A DNA stretch of 64,000 nt from Caulobacteraceae bacterium (GCA_035524315.1 DATKPD010000012.1:3503-67502), one strand, 5' to 3'. Shown: positions 1 to 11,935, counted from the stretch's first letter. Made by a program: numbers and translations. The notes: generated by a model not told the origin, from the sequence alone.

Positions 1-652
1 TGGATTCGACGTTGTTGACCGTGGTCGGGCAACCGTAGAGGCCCGCGCCGGCCGGGAACGGCGGCTTCAGGCGCGGCTGGCCCTTCTTGCCTTCCAGGCT
101 TTCCAGCAGGGCCGTTTCCTCGCCGCAGATATAGGCTCCGGCGCCGTGGTGCATATAGACGTCGAAGTCGTAGCCGTGGACGTTGTCCTTGCCGATCAGC
201 TTGGCCTCGTAGGCCTCCTTGATCGCCGCCTCCATCACCTCGCGCTCGCGCACATATTCGCCGCGCACATAGATGTAGCAGGCGTGCGCCTGCATGGCGA
301 AGCTGGCGACCAGACAGCCCTCGATGAACAGGTGCGGATCATGGCGCATGATCTCGCGGTCCTTGCAGGTGCCCGGCTCGGACTCATCGGCGTTGACCAC
401 CAGATAGTGCGGACGGCCCTCTTTGACTTCCTTGGGCATGAACGACCACTTCAGGCCGGTCGAAAACCCGGCGCCGCCGCGCCCGCGCAGGCCCGAGGCC
501 TTGGTGTTGTCGATGATCCATTGGCGACCGCAGGACAGGATATCCTTGGTCGAGTTCCACGCGCCGCGCCGCTTGGCCGCCTCCAGGCCCGGATCGTGCA
601 GGCCGTAGAGGTTGGTGAAGATCCGGTCCTTGTCTTCGAGAATGCCGACCAT
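1..652 (-). CDS. nuoF: NADH-quinone oxidoreductase subunit F (N-terminal part; gene runs off the window edge)
   Basis: Absent from the ORF track because it has no stop in the window. My reverse translation from ATG 652 reads [38 protein letters not shown], a canonical NuoF N-terminus. It lies directly downstream of nuoE. Confidence 0.85.
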   Translation of the reverse strand, partial: MVGILEDKDRIFTNLYGLHDPGLEAAKRRGAWNSTKDILSCGRQWIIDNTKASGLRGRGGAGFSTGLKWSFMPKEVKEGRPHYLVVNADESEPGTCKDREIMRHDPHLFIEGCLVASFAMQAHACYIYVRGEYVREREVMEAAIKEAYEAKLIGKDNVHGYDFDVYMHHGAGAYICGEETALLESLEGKKGQPRLKPPFPAGAGLYGCPTTVNNVES

Positions 653-657
653 CGCCT

Positions 658-864
658 TCAGACGCCTTTCCCGAGCCGGCCGTCCTTGGCCAGGCCCGCG
701 ATGAACCAGATTTGCGCCGCGAACCCGACGATCAGCGCCGCGGCGAACGCCGGCAGGCCGAAGGTCAGGTGCAAGCTGAGATCGCCCACCAGGGCGGCGA
801 TGGCGATCATCACGCACATGGCGTCGACCACGACCATCGTCATGAAGCGTTGCTGAGCGGTCAT
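658..864 (-). CDS. small (68 aa) two-helix membrane protein intercalated in the nuo operon
   Basis: Internal Met of track ORF 658..1110: [27 protein letters not shown]...[23 protein letters not shown] overlap with the nuoE stop; its own stop is 5 nt before the nuoF ATG. Confidence 0.6.
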   Translation of the reverse strand: MTAQQRFMTMVVVDAMCVMIAIAALVGDLSLHLTFGLPAFAAALIVGFAAQIWFIAGLAKDGRLGKGV

Positions 865-1517
865 GCCGGCTCCGGCGCGTTGGGAATCTTGACCGGCTCG
901 GCCTTGGAGCCGTCGAACAGCGCCGGGTCGGTTAGGGTGGTGATCCCGCCGGCGGGCTCCGACGAGTGGCGGCCAGCGTAGGAGCCGGGCTTGGGCGCCT
1001 TGCCCGCGCGGAAATCGTCGATGATCTGGCCCAGGCTCTCGGGGGTCAGGTCCTCGTAGTAGTAGTCGTTGATCTGGGCCATCGGCGCGTTGCAGCACGC
1101 GCCCAGGCACTCGACTTCCTGCCAGGTGAACAGGCCGTCGTCCGACAGATGGTCCTTATGTCCGATCTTTTCGGCGCACAGCTTCATCAGCTCCCCTGCC
1201 CCGCGCAGCATGCACGGGGTGGTGCCGCACACCTGGATCAGGGCGGCTTTGCCGACCGGCTCCAACTGGAACATGGTGTAGAAGGTCACGACTTCGAGAA
1301 CCCGGATTACCGGCATCTCGAGCATCTCGGCCAGCTTGCGGATGGCCGGCTCGCACACCCAACCGTCCTGCTTCTGGATCAGCCACAGGATCGGGATCAC
1401 CGCCGACTGCTTGCGCTCGGCCGGATATTTGGAAATCCACCAGTTGGCCTTGTCCAGCGTGTCGGGCGCGAAGTCCCACGACGCGGGCTGTTCCTTGGCG
1501 AGGCGGCGTACGCTCAA
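861..1517 (-). CDS. nuoE: NADH-quinone oxidoreductase subunit E (24-kDa, 2Fe-2S)
   Basis: 218-aa ORF with the Cys pattern VCGTTPC ... CLGACCNAP. Sits between nuoD and nuoF. Confidence 0.95.
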   Translation of the reverse strand: MSVRRLAKEQPASWDFAPDTLDKANWWISKYPAERKQSAVIPILWLIQKQDGWVCEPAIRKLAEMLEMPVIRVLEVVTFYTMFQLEPVGKAALIQVCGTTPCMLRGAGELMKLCAEKIGHKDHLSDDGLFTWQEVECLGACCNAPMAQINDYYYEDLTPESLGQIIDDFRAGKAPKPGSYAGRHSSEPAGGITTLTDPALFDGSKAEPVKIPNAPEPA

Positions 1518-2788
1518 CGGTCGATCTCCCCGAACACGATATCCAGCGACCCGAGGATGGCGGACACGTCGGCCAGCATGTGGCCGCGATTCATCCAGTC
1601 CATCGCCTGCAGGTGCGGGAAGCCCGGCGCCCGGATCTTGGCGCGGTAAGGCTTGTTGGTGCCGTCGGCCACCAGATACACGCCGAATTCGCCCTTGGGC
1701 GCCTCGACGCAGGCGTAGACCTCGCCCGCCGGCACGTGGAAGCCCTCGGTGAACAGCTTGAAGTGATGGATCAGCGCTTCCATCGAGCGCTTCATCTCGC
1801 CCCGGCGCGGCGGAGCCACTTTGCCGTCGTCGGTCAGCACCGGCCCCTTATTCTCGCCCAGCTTCTTGACGCACTGGCGGATTATGTGGGTCGACTGGCG
1901 CATCTCTTCCATGCGGCACAGGTAGCGGTCGTAGCAGTCGCCGTTCTTGCCGAGGGGAATCTCGAACTCCAGGTCCGAGTAGCACTCGTAGGGCTGGTTA
2001 CGCCGCAGGTCCCAGGCGATGCCGGAGCCGCGCACCATCACGCCCGAGAAGCCCCAGGCGTAGGCTTCTTCCTTCGTCACCACGCCGATGTCGACGTTGC
2101 GCTGCTTGAAGATGCGGTTGCCGGTGATCAGGCCTTCGATGTCGTCCAGCACCTTGGGGAAGGCCTCGGCCCAGGCGTCGATGTCGGCGATCAGCGCTTC
2201 GGGCAGATCCTGGCGCACGCCGCCGGGCCGGAAGTAGTTGGCGTGCAACCGCGCCCCGCAGGCGCGGTCGTAAAACACCATCAGTTTTTCCCGCTCCTCG
2301 AAGCCCCACAAAGGCGGGGTCAGGGCGCCGACATCCATCGCCTGCGTGGTGACGTTGAGCAGGTGATTGAGGATGCGGCCCATTTCCGAATACATCACCC
2401 GGATGAGCTGGGCGCGGTACGGGATCTGCAACTCGAGCAGCTTTTCGATCGCCAGGCACCAGGCATGTTCCTGGTTCATCGGCGCCACATAGTCGAGGCG
2501 GTCGAAATAGGGCGTGTTCTGCAGGTAGGTGCGCGCCTCCATCAGCTTCTCGGTGCCGCGATGCAGCAGGCCGATATGCGGATCGACGCGCTCGACGATT
2601 TCGCCGTCGAGCTCAAGGACCAGGCGAAGCACCCCGTGCGCGGCAGGGTGCTGCGGGCCGAAGTTGATGTTGAACTTGCGCACCAGCACTTCGGGCGATT
2701 GGCCCGTGGGCAGGGTCAAGGCCCCGCCGTCCTCGTCGATGGTGCGTTCGGCCAGCTTGGGCGGCAGGTCCACGTGATCGTCGGCCAT
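1514..2788 (-). CDS. nuoD: NADH-quinone oxidoreductase subunit D (49-kDa)
   Basis: Motifs [15 protein letters not shown] and LHRGTEKL. Start moved to Met27 of track ORF 1514..2866 (MADDHVDL), which overlaps the nuoC stop as TAATG. Confidence 0.95.
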   Translation of the reverse strand: MADDHVDLPPKLAERTIDEDGGALTLPTGQSPEVLVRKFNINFGPQHPAAHGVLRLVLELDGEIVERVDPHIGLLHRGTEKLMEARTYLQNTPYFDRLDYVAPMNQEHAWCLAIEKLLELQIPYRAQLIRVMYSEMGRILNHLLNVTTQAMDVGALTPPLWGFEEREKLMVFYDRACGARLHANYFRPGGVRQDLPEALIADIDAWAEAFPKVLDDIEGLITGNRIFKQRNVDIGVVTKEEAYAWGFSGVMVRGSGIAWDLRRNQPYECYSDLEFEIPLGKNGDCYDRYLCRMEEMRQSTHIIRQCVKKLGENKGPVLTDDGKVAPPRRGEMKRSMEALIHHFKLFTEGFHVPAGEVYACVEAPKGEFGVYLVADGTNKPYRAKIRAPGFPHLQAMDWMNRGHMLADVSAILGSLDIVFGEIDR

Positions 2789-3456
2789 TACTTGGTCGCC
2801 TTCTCGTCGCCTGGAATGATGTATTCGTAGCCCTGGCCCGGCAGAGCGCTTCTGGCGCCTTCCCACGGCGACAGGAAGTCGAACTGGCGGAACTCCTGGG
2901 TCAGCTTGACCGGCTCGTACACAACCCGCTTCAGCTCGTCGTCGTAGCGCACCTCGACATAGCCCGTCATCGGGAAGTCCTTGCGCAACGGGTAGCCGTG
3001 GAAGCCGTAATCGGTCAGCAGGCGGCGCAGGTCGGGGTGGCCATCAAAGAAGACGCCGTACATGTCGAACGTCTCGCGCTCGAACCAGTCGGCGTTGGGA
3101 TAGACGCTGACAGCCGTCGGCACGGGCGTGTCCTCGTCGGTCTGCACCTTGACCCGGATGCGGTGGTTCTTGGTCAGCGACAGCAGGTGGTAGACCACAT
3201 CGAAGCGCTTGGCGCGCTCGGGATAGTCGGCCCCGCACAGATCGACCAGCTGCTGGAACCGGCAGTCCGGATCGTCGCGCAGATACTTGAGCACCTCGCA
3301 GATGCGGGCGCGCTCGGCGAGCAGGGTCAGCTCGCCATAGGCGACCTTGAAGCCATATACCGCCCCGCCGGAATTGGCCTGGATCAGCTGCCCCAGCGCC
3401 ACCAGCGGCGGGACCGGCGCCTCGGCCGGCGTTTCGGTCTGGACCGGATCGGTCAT
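2788..3456 (-). CDS. nuoC: NADH-quinone oxidoreductase subunit C (30-kDa)
   Basis: Met130 of track ORF 2788..3843 (MTDPVQTE). Motif [26 protein letters not shown] overlap with the nuoB stop. Confidence 0.93.
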   Translation of the reverse strand: MTDPVQTETPAEAPVPPLVALGQLIQANSGGAVYGFKVAYGELTLLAERARICEVLKYLRDDPDCRFQQLVDLCGADYPERAKRFDVVYHLLSLTKNHRIRVKVQTDEDTPVPTAVSVYPNADWFERETFDMYGVFFDGHPDLRRLLTDYGFHGYPLRKDFPMTGYVEVRYDDELKRVVYEPVKLTQEFRQFDFLSPWEGARSALPGQGYEYIIPGDEKATK

Positions 3457-4010
3457 CGCTCGATCGTCCCCGTACGGCGGATTTTCTTCTGAAGCTGCAG
3501 CACGCCGTACACCAGCGCCTCGGCAGTGGGGGGGCAGCCTGGGATGTAGATGTCGACCGGCACGATGCGGTCGCAGCCGCGCACGACGCTGTAGCTGTAG
3601 TGGTAATAGCCGCCGCCGTTGGCGCAGCTGCCCATCGAGATGACGTAGCGCGGCTCTGGCATCTGGTCGTAGACCTTGCGCAGGGCCGGGGCCATCTTGT
3701 TGGTCAAGGTGCCCGCCACGATCATCACGTCCGACTGACGCGGGCTGGCGCGCGGCGCGAAGCCGAACCGCTCCAGGTCGTAGCGCGGCATGGCGGAGTG
3801 CATCATCTCGACCGCGCAACACGCCAGGCCGAAGGTCATCCACATCAGCGAGCCGGTGCGGGCCCAGGTGATCAGGTCATCGGCGGCCGCGACGATGAAG
3901 CCCTTGTCGGCCAGCTGGTCGGACACGCCGTCGAAGAACGGATCGTGCAGCTTGGGGTCATAACCTTCCACGGTGGAACGACCCGCGGCGCCGGCCGGAA
4001 CTACTCCCAT
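3453..4010 (-). CDS. nuoB: NADH-quinone oxidoreductase subunit B (PSST, 4Fe-4S)
   Basis: Motifs [25 protein letters not shown] 4010 has AGGAG 7 nt upstream; the track ORF begins at GTG 4031. Confidence 0.93.
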   Translation of the reverse strand: MGVVPAGAAGRSTVEGYDPKLHDPFFDGVSDQLADKGFIVAAADDLITWARTGSLMWMTFGLACCAVEMMHSAMPRYDLERFGFAPRASPRQSDVMIVAGTLTNKMAPALRKVYDQMPEPRYVISMGSCANGGGYYHYSYSVVRGCDRIVPVDIYIPGCPPTAEALVYGVLQLQKKIRRTGTIER

Positions 4011-4378
4011 TCCAGGGCTCCTCTTTTCCACACGTAGACATAGCCCAGGGTCAGATCGATCAGGAACAGCAGCATCGCTTCAAACAGACTGACCTGGCCG
4101 GTGTGAGGCAGCTTCATAAGAGCCACCGCCCAGGGAAACAGGAACGACACTTCCAGATCGAACACGATGAACAGGATCGCCACCAGATAGAAGCGCACGT
4201 CGAACTTCATGCGGGCGTCGTCGAACGCGTTGAAACCGCATTCGTAAGCCGACAGCTTTTCCGGGTCCGGCGCCTTGGGCGCGATCACCGCGGCGGCGAT
4301 CAGAAATCCGACGCCGATCACCAGGGCCAAGCCCAGCAGAATGACGATCGGAAGATACTGCAAAAGGAAGGCGTTCAT
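4001..4378 (-). CDS. nuoA: NADH-quinone oxidoreductase subunit A (ND3-like)
   Basis: Met42 of track ORF 4001..4501 ([16 protein letters not shown]). Three hydrophobic helices, YECGF motif, 125 aa as expected. Confidence 0.9.
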   Translation of the reverse strand: MNAFLLQYLPIVILLGLALVIGVGFLIAAAVIAPKAPDPEKLSAYECGFNAFDDARMKFDVRFYLVAILFIVFDLEVSFLFPWAVALMKLPHTGQVSLFEAMLLFLIDLTLGYVYVWKRGALEWE

Positions 4379-4558
4379 CAGAGCCTCTGCGGCGGAATCG
4401 CGCGGTTTGTAGCCCATGGCGCAGCATGCTTCCAAGGCCCCCGAGCGGATTTCTCGCTGTTGCGAAAGAATTGTTTTGGAATGCTCCCGCCGCGAGCGCA
4501 AGGCACAGTTTGCAGCCTAAGCCACTAAGGGCGCCAGGATCGGGAAACGACGGGCGGT

Positions 4559-4635
4559 TGGTGGGCGGCGAGGGGTTCGAACCCCCGACCTTCTGGGTGT
4601 AAACCAGACGCTCTGACCAGCTGAGCTAGCCGCCC
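4559..4635 (-). tRNA. tRNA-Val (anticodon TAC)
   Basis: 77 nt, cloverleaf read by eye. Acceptor GGGCGGC/GCCGCCC, anticodon arm TCTGG-TTTACAC-CCAGA, T-loop GGTTCGAACCC, encoded CCA. Confidence 0.9.
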
Positions 4636-4664
4636 TCTCCTCGCCGCTTCCTAGCCGAAAAGCC

Positions 4665-5051
4665 CTAGGGGCGCACCGGCCTTGGACGACGATCCTCGTC
4701 GATCGCCACATAGGTGAACACGCCGGAGGTGACCTTCTCGGCCTCGGCGGACTTGCGCGCGCGGCGCCAGGCCTCGACCGCCACCGTCACCGAGGTGCGC
4801 CCGATGCGCACGATCTGCCCGTAGAGGCTGACTTCGTCGCCCACGAACACCGGCCGGATGAACACGATCTGGTCGGCCGCCACGGTGGCGCAGCGCCCTC
4901 TGGCCTCGTTCAACGCCAGGGTCGCCCCCGCCAGGTCCATCTGCGACATGAGCCAGCCGCCGAAAATGTCGCCTTCGGGATTGGTGTCGGCCGGCATGGC
5001 GATGGTGCGGATCACGACCGGTTCGTCAGGACGCAGGATCGGATCGGTCAT
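4665..5051 (-). CDS. acyl-CoA thioester hydrolase, YciA-type hotdog fold
   Basis: 128 aa. PADTNPEGDIFGGWLMSQMDLAG and the IVFIRPVFVGDEV pattern are typical of YciA-like thioesterases. Confidence 0.8.
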   Translation of the reverse strand: MTDPILRPDEPVVIRTIAMPADTNPEGDIFGGWLMSQMDLAGATLALNEARGRCATVAADQIVFIRPVFVGDEVSLYGQIVRIGRTSVTVAVEAWRRARKSAEAEKVTSGVFTYVAIDEDRRPRPVRP

Positions 5052-5163
5052 CGCTCAAGCTCTCCTGGGGGCGCCGCTCAGGGGGCGCGCACGCTGCCCA
5101 ACCCACTGTGTTCGCAGAAAGCGTCAGCGCCAAGTCCCGCTAAATTTCACGATCGAAACGGAA

Positions 5164-5240
<77 letters not shown>

Positions 5241-5340
5241 GTGCAAACCGGACGGGCCGGTCGCGTGAGGGGCGTGACATAGGTCGCCTGCGGGCCGCGT
5301 GTCAACTGCTCATCCGCATCGGAAAACACCCGCGCATACG

Positions 5341-5372
5341 AAAAGGGACGACCCCTTTCGGCAGCCGTCCCC
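5341..5372 (-). terminator. Rho-independent terminator downstream of hup
   Basis: Minus-strand GGGGACGGCTGCCGAAAGGGGTCGTCCC followed by TTTTCGT, about 25 nt after the hup stop. Confidence 0.7.
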
Positions 5373-5396
5373 TCGATCTTCCCTTTGAAGCCGGGA

Positions 5397-5669
5397 TCAG
5401 TTCAGAGCCGTCTTCAGCCCCTCGCCGACGCGGAAACGCGCGGTCTTGGACGCAGCCCGCTTCACGGTCTCACCCGTGCGCGGATTGCGGGCGGTGCCGG
5501 CCTTGCGTTCCACCGGAACGAAGCTGCCGAAGCCGACCAACCGGACTTCCTGGCCATCCTTCAGCGAGGCGGTCACCGAGTCCAGAACCGCGTCCAAAGC
5601 GTCCTTCGCCTGGGTACGGTTCAGACCGGTCTTGTCCGCAATCGCGGCCACCAGTTCGGCCTTTGTCAT
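5397..5669 (-). CDS. hup: DNA-binding protein HU
   Basis: 90 aa from Met6 of the track ORF: MTKAELVAAIADKTGL...VRLVGFGSF...ARNPRTGE. Classic position downstream of lon. Confidence 0.93.
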   Translation of the reverse strand: MTKAELVAAIADKTGLNRTQAKDALDAVLDSVTASLKDGQEVRLVGFGSFVPVERKAGTARNPRTGETVKRAASKTARFRVGEGLKTALN

Positions 5670-5763
5670 TCTTTCCTCTCCCAACCCTGTGAGGCGGCTT
5701 TCTTGCTCGTAAGTAAGGTCCGTGCCGCAAGGCCGGGATTATTGTGGCGCCGGAAAGGCCCCG

Positions 5764-5808
5764 TCAAATGCCCCGAAGCCGGAAAATGTAAGCTTCGGCG
5801 ACATTTGA
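5764..5808 (-). terminator. candidate terminator hairpin downstream of lon
   Basis: Imperfect long inverted repeat TCAAATG..CCGAAGC / GCTTCGG..CATTTGA starting 18 nt after the lon stop. Only a weak T-run follows. Confidence 0.4.
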
Positions 5809-5825
5809 AGGGGCCTGGAGCCGGT

Positions 5826-8228
<2,403 letters not shown>

Positions 8229-8340
8229 CCACTCCTTGGCCGCGCCGGCAGGTCCGCGCGCGGCTGGCCGAACGGCTTTGGCCCGCTGACAATGCGGGAA
8301 GTCCGATCGGTCCGCCGGATTCGGCGTTTATTCGGGCTCT

Positions 8341-8369
8341 AATGTGGGCCTATTGGCGACAGGTTCAAG
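8341..8369 (-). promoter_or_regulatory. candidate sigma32-type (heat-shock) promoter for lon
   Basis: Minus-strand CTTGAA-N15-CCCACATT about 110 nt upstream of the lon ATG, compared with consensus CTTGAA-N13-17-CCCCATNT. Partial match only. Confidence 0.35.
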
Positions 8370-8426
8370 CGCTGCCGGTCAGGCGTCCCCAGGAAGCGGC
8401 GCCGCGGCTCCGCGATCAGGACGCAC

Positions 8427-8453
8427 GAAAAAGCCCCGGAGATCATCCGGGGC
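8427..8453 (-). terminator. Rho-independent terminator downstream of clpX
   Basis: Minus-strand GCCCCGGA-TGATC-TCCGGGGC followed by TTTTTCG, about 28 nt after the clpX stop. Confidence 0.8.
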
Positions 8454-8480
8454 TTGCTCATGCGCCAGAACCGGCGGGCT

Positions 8481-9752
8481 TTAGCCCGCCGCCGCCGGCG
8501 GCTTGTCGTTGCGGCGCTCGGAATAGATCATCAGCGGCGCGCCGCGGCCATCGACCACCTCGGCGTTGATCACCACTTCCTCGACGCCCTGGTAGGTCGG
8601 CAGCTCGAACATAGTCTCGAGCAGGATGCCTTCCAGGATCGAGCGCAGGCCGCGCGCGCCGGTCTTGCGGCCGATGGCCTTCTTGGCCACCGAATGCAGG
8701 GCGTCGTCGGTGAAGGTCAGGCCGACGTTCTCCATGTCGAACAGGCGCTGGTACTGCTTGACCAGGGCGTTCTTGGGCTCGGTGAGGATCTTGACCAGGG
8801 CGACCTCGTCCAGGTCCTCCAGGGTCGCGATAACCGGCAGGCGGCCGATGAACTCGGGGATCAGGCCAAAGCGCTGCAGGTCGTCGGGCTCGACGTCGCG
8901 CAGAATCTCGCCCGTGCGGCGGTCTTCAGGATCGCGCACCTGGGCGGCGAACCCGATCGAGGTCGACTTGCCACGCGAGGAGATGATCTTCTCGAGGCCC
9001 GCGAAAGCCCCGCCGCAGATGAACAGGATGTTGGTCGTGTCCACCTGCAGGAACTCCTGCTGGGGATGCTTGCGGCCGCCTTGCGGGGGCACCGAGGCGA
9101 CCGTGCCTTCCATGATCTTGAGCAGGGCCTGCTGAACGCCCTCGCCCGACACGTCGCGGGTGATCGAGGGGTTGTCGGACTTGCGGCTGATCTTGTCGAC
9201 TTCGTCGATGTAGACGATGCCGCGTTGGGCCCGCTCGACATTATAATCAGCGGCCTGCAACAGCTTGAGGATGATGTTCTCGACATCCTCGCCCACATAG
9301 CCGGCTTCGGTCAGGGTAGTCGCGTCGGCCATGGTGAACGGCACGTCGATGATGCGCGCCAGGGTCTGGGCCAGCAGCGTCTTGCCCGAGCCAGTCGGCC
9401 CGACCAGCAGAATGTTCGACTTGGCCAGTTCGACGTCGTTGTTCTTCTGGGCGTGGTTCAGGCGCTTGTAGTGGTTGTGAACCGCCACCGCGAGCACCTT
9501 CTTGGCGTGCTCCTGCCCGATCACATAGTCGTCCAGCACCTCGCGAATCTCGCGGGGCGTGGGCACGCCATCCTTGGATTTGACGAAGGCGATCTTGTGC
9601 TCTTCACGGATGATATCCATGCACAGTTCAACGCACTCGTCGCAGATGAAGACGGTGGGGCCGGCGATGAGCTTGCGCACTTCGTGCTGGCTCTTCCCGC
9701 AGAACGAGCAATACAGCGTGCTCTTGGAATCGCCGCTCGCGGCTTTCGTCAT
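8481..9752 (-). CDS. clpX: ATP-dependent Clp protease ATP-binding subunit ClpX
   Basis: 423 aa. N-terminal zinc ribbon CSFCGK...CDEC, Walker [12 protein letters not shown]-loop region. Confidence 0.97.
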   Translation of the reverse strand: MTKAASGDSKSTLYCSFCGKSQHEVRKLIAGPTVFICDECVELCMDIIREEHKIAFVKSKDGVPTPREIREVLDDYVIGQEHAKKVLAVAVHNHYKRLNHAQKNNDVELAKSNILLVGPTGSGKTLLAQTLARIIDVPFTMADATTLTEAGYVGEDVENIILKLLQAADYNVERAQRGIVYIDEVDKISRKSDNPSITRDVSGEGVQQALLKIMEGTVASVPPQGGRKHPQQEFLQVDTTNILFICGGAFAGLEKIISSRGKSTSIGFAAQVRDPEDRRTGEILRDVEPDDLQRFGLIPEFIGRLPVIATLEDLDEVALVKILTEPKNALVKQYQRLFDMENVGLTFTDDALHSVAKKAIGRKTGARGLRSILEGILLETMFELPTYQGVEEVVINAEVVDGRGAPLMIYSERRNDKPPAAAG

Positions 9753-9932
9753 GGTCCGTTCTCACTCTTCGCGACCGCTGCGTAAGCGCGCCGCTGCGTC
9801 AGCCTGGCCTCTCATGAATCCCGAGAGGCCCGAGCCATTCAAGCAGGATACATGCCGCTAGTTGTCTAATCCTTGACATTCCCCGATTGTCGCGGGGATC
9901 ACAAGCGGGTTTGAGGGGTCATAGAGCAAAAC

Positions 9933-10610
9933 ATGGGATCCCCCGATCCAGAAAGCCAGCCCCTTGATCAAAGGCCTGTGGTGGCGTTCGATTTCGACGG
10001 AACCTTGACCGTAAGCGACAGTTTCACCGGCTTCCTGGTGTGGAACGCGGGACCTTGGCATGGGTTCACTGGCGCCGCGCGCCTCGCCCCGGCGCTTCTC
10101 AGCTATGCCGTCCGGCCCGATCGCGGACGCCTGAAAGCCAAGGCGGCCAAGGCGTTCCTGTCGGGCCTGACCCGTCCGGAACTGGCGCTCAGAGCCGAGG
10201 CCTTCGCCCGCGACCGTATGCCGACGCTGATCCGGCCTGACGCGCTCAGGACCTGGAACGCGTGGGGCGAAAAGGGCGTGCGGCGCGCGATCGTATCGGC
10301 CTCGCCCGACGAGATCCTGGCGCCCTTCGCCCATCGGCTGGGCGCCGATTGCCTGATCGCTACGCGCCTGAAGTGGGGGCCGGACGGCCGCCTTACGGGC
10401 GAACTGGACGGCCTTAACTGTCGCGGACCAGAAAAAACGCGCCGTCTGGTGGCTCAATTCGGCACGGGATTCGCCTTGGCGGCCGCGTACGGCGACACCG
10501 CCGGCGATCGCGAGATGCTGGCGATGGCTGAGACCCCCGGCTATCGGGTGTTCACCGAAAGGCCCCAGCGGCAAGGTGGGCAGCGAGATGTCTCAAGGCC
10601 CAGCGGGTAG
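9933..10610 (+). CDS. HAD-IB family hydrolase/phosphatase (CicA-like by sequence type and position)
   Basis: 225 aa. Motif I AFDFDGTLT, later GDTAGD. Divergent from clpX, as cicA is in Caulobacter crescentus. Confidence 0.8.
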   Translation: MGSPDPESQPLDQRPVVAFDFDGTLTVSDSFTGFLVWNAGPWHGFTGAARLAPALLSYAVRPDRGRLKAKAAKAFLSGLTRPELALRAEAFARDRMPTLIRPDALRTWNAWGEKGVRRAIVSASPDEILAPFAHRLGADCLIATRLKWGPDGRLTGELDGLNCRGPEKTRRLVAQFGTGFALAAAYGDTAGDREMLAMAETPGYRVFTERPQRQGGQRDVSRPSG

Positions 10611-11174
10611 CTGATCCGCTTCATAAAGGATCGTTTCAAAATAAGCGATCGCAAGCGCGCCTACTCCCTTAGGTGAGGCGTCTGAAATTTTGACGCAAAG
10701 GTGTACCTCCGGCGGGGGGTATGCGTCGCCGTGATCATAAATGCCGATCAACTTACCTTTGGCCTCAATGACGATATTGATGCCTGGATCCGCGTCGATT
10801 TGAATATTGGGAGATCCATCCTCATGCCAGTCGAAACTGGCACGTCTAATCACGCCATTTCCGCCCACAGCAATCGAGCTTGCATTGCTGGTGACCGGCT
10901 CGATGCCGTGTTCATCGGCGTTCCTAGCGTGGTGCAAATAACAAAGAAGCTGATCTTTTTTTCGATCATGTTTTTTGCGACCAAACCACGCCTCGCTTTT
11001 ACCGCAACCCTTGGCACCTTGTTCTAGCTTGGCGTAAATGCCGTTGGCAGCGACAAGAAAATCGGACCAAGCTCGTACAAAGCTTGGATAGCTATCCGCC
11101 ATGTTTAGCCTGGAAAGTGCTTCTTGGGCCGCCTTAAGGCGCTGATTAGCCTGGGCTAGTGCGACTCTTTTCAT
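10593..11174 (-). CDS. orphan low-GC protein, 193 aa, unknown function (R-N-x3-H HEPN-like motif)
   Basis: Clean ORF with AGGA upstream. About 47% GC against about 67% around it. Starts 20 nt after the tRNA-Arg 3' end. Motif HHARNADEHG at aa 81-90. No family recognised. Confidence 0.65.
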   Translation of the reverse strand: MKRVALAQANQRLKAAQEALSRLNMADSYPSFVRAWSDFLVAANGIYAKLEQGAKGCGKSEAWFGRKKHDRKKDQLLCYLHHARNADEHGIEPVTSNASSIAVGGNGVIRRASFDWHEDGSPNIQIDADPGINIVIEAKGKLIGIYDHGDAYPPPEVHLCVKISDASPKGVGALAIAYFETILYEADQLPAGP

Positions 11175-11194
11175 TAGCTCATCCTGAGCCGGTG

Positions 11195-11271
11195 TGGCGC
11201 GCCCTGCTGGGTTCGAACCAGCAACCCCCGACTTAGAAGGTCGGTGCTCTATCCAGTTGAGCTAAGGGCGC
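11195..11271 (-). tRNA. tRNA-Arg (anticodon TCT)
   Basis: 77 nt. Acceptor GCGCCCT/AGGGCGC, anticodon arm CCGAC-CTTCTAA-GTCGG, T-arm GCTGG-TTCGAAC-CCAGC, encoded CCA. Confidence 0.9.
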
Positions 11272-11392
11272 GGACCAAGTGACATCGACAGCCTAACGAT
11301 GAGCACGGCAAAGCCTAGTCCGCCGCCCAGCTCATCATGGATATAGGTAGGCTATCCATCCATGGTTGACGCTCAATCACAGTGCAACCGGA

Positions 11393-11698
11393 TCAGTGCG
11401 TCCAGGGCTGCCGGCGGCCCGGCGCGAAGTTGTCGGCATAGGCCTTGATGATCTTCTTGCGGTCCTGCGGCTCGATCAACTGGAACGGAATCTGGTGCGC
11501 CTGGGCGTAGGCCACCGCCTCGTCCGAACTGTCGAAGCTCAGCCGAACCTGGCCGTTCATGTCGGCCGAGCTGGTCCAGCCCATCAGGGGATCGATCACG
11601 CGCGCGCTGGCCGGTTCGAACTCCAGCACCCAAGCCGAGGTCTTGGCCATGCCCGACTGCATGGCGGATTTGGACGGACGATAAATGCGCGCGAGCAT
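11393..11698 (-). CDS. NDUFS4-like protein (homologue of the complex I 18-kDa accessory subunit)
   Basis: 101 aa: MLARIYRPSKSAMQSG...DPLMGWTSSADMNGQVRLSFDSSDEAVAYA, characteristic of the alphaproteobacterial NDUFS4 family. Confidence 0.8.
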   Translation of the reverse strand: MLARIYRPSKSAMQSGMAKTSAWVLEFEPASARVIDPLMGWTSSADMNGQVRLSFDSSDEAVAYAQAHQIPFQLIEPQDRKKIIKAYADNFAPGRRQPWTH

Positions 11699-11788
11699 GG
11701 CGAAATCCCCTTTGGCCCTTCCCTACCCGGCTTTGCGCGGCCTGAAAATCCCGCGAGCAAGCCGGAGAACCGGAATCGAGCGAACCGA

Positions 11789-11865
11789 TGGTCGGGGCGG
11801 CAGGATTCGAACCTGCGACCCTCTGCTCCCAAAGCAGATGCGCTACCAGGCTGCGCTACGCCCCG
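11789..11865 (-). tRNA. tRNA-Pro (anticodon TGG)
   Basis: 77 nt. Acceptor CGGGGCG/CGCCCCG, anticodon arm TCTGC-TTTGGGA-GCAGA, T-loop GGTTCGAATCC, encoded CCA. Confidence 0.9.
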
Positions 11866-11935
11866 TCATCGGCTGGCGGTCTTGCCACGCGCGGGCGCGG
11901 GCCGCAACGCACTTGAAGGTTTCAACGCCGTTCGC

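Noticed and set aside
10560-11300. Direct repeat of the tRNA-Arg 3' end (att-like) delimiting the low-GC insert
   Set aside because: Comparing the tRNA 3' half with the far junction near 10590..10640 by eye gave only scattered matches (ccc.gc.gg). There is no convincing repeat and no integrase. An alignment-based search is needed, so the island boundaries remain undefined.
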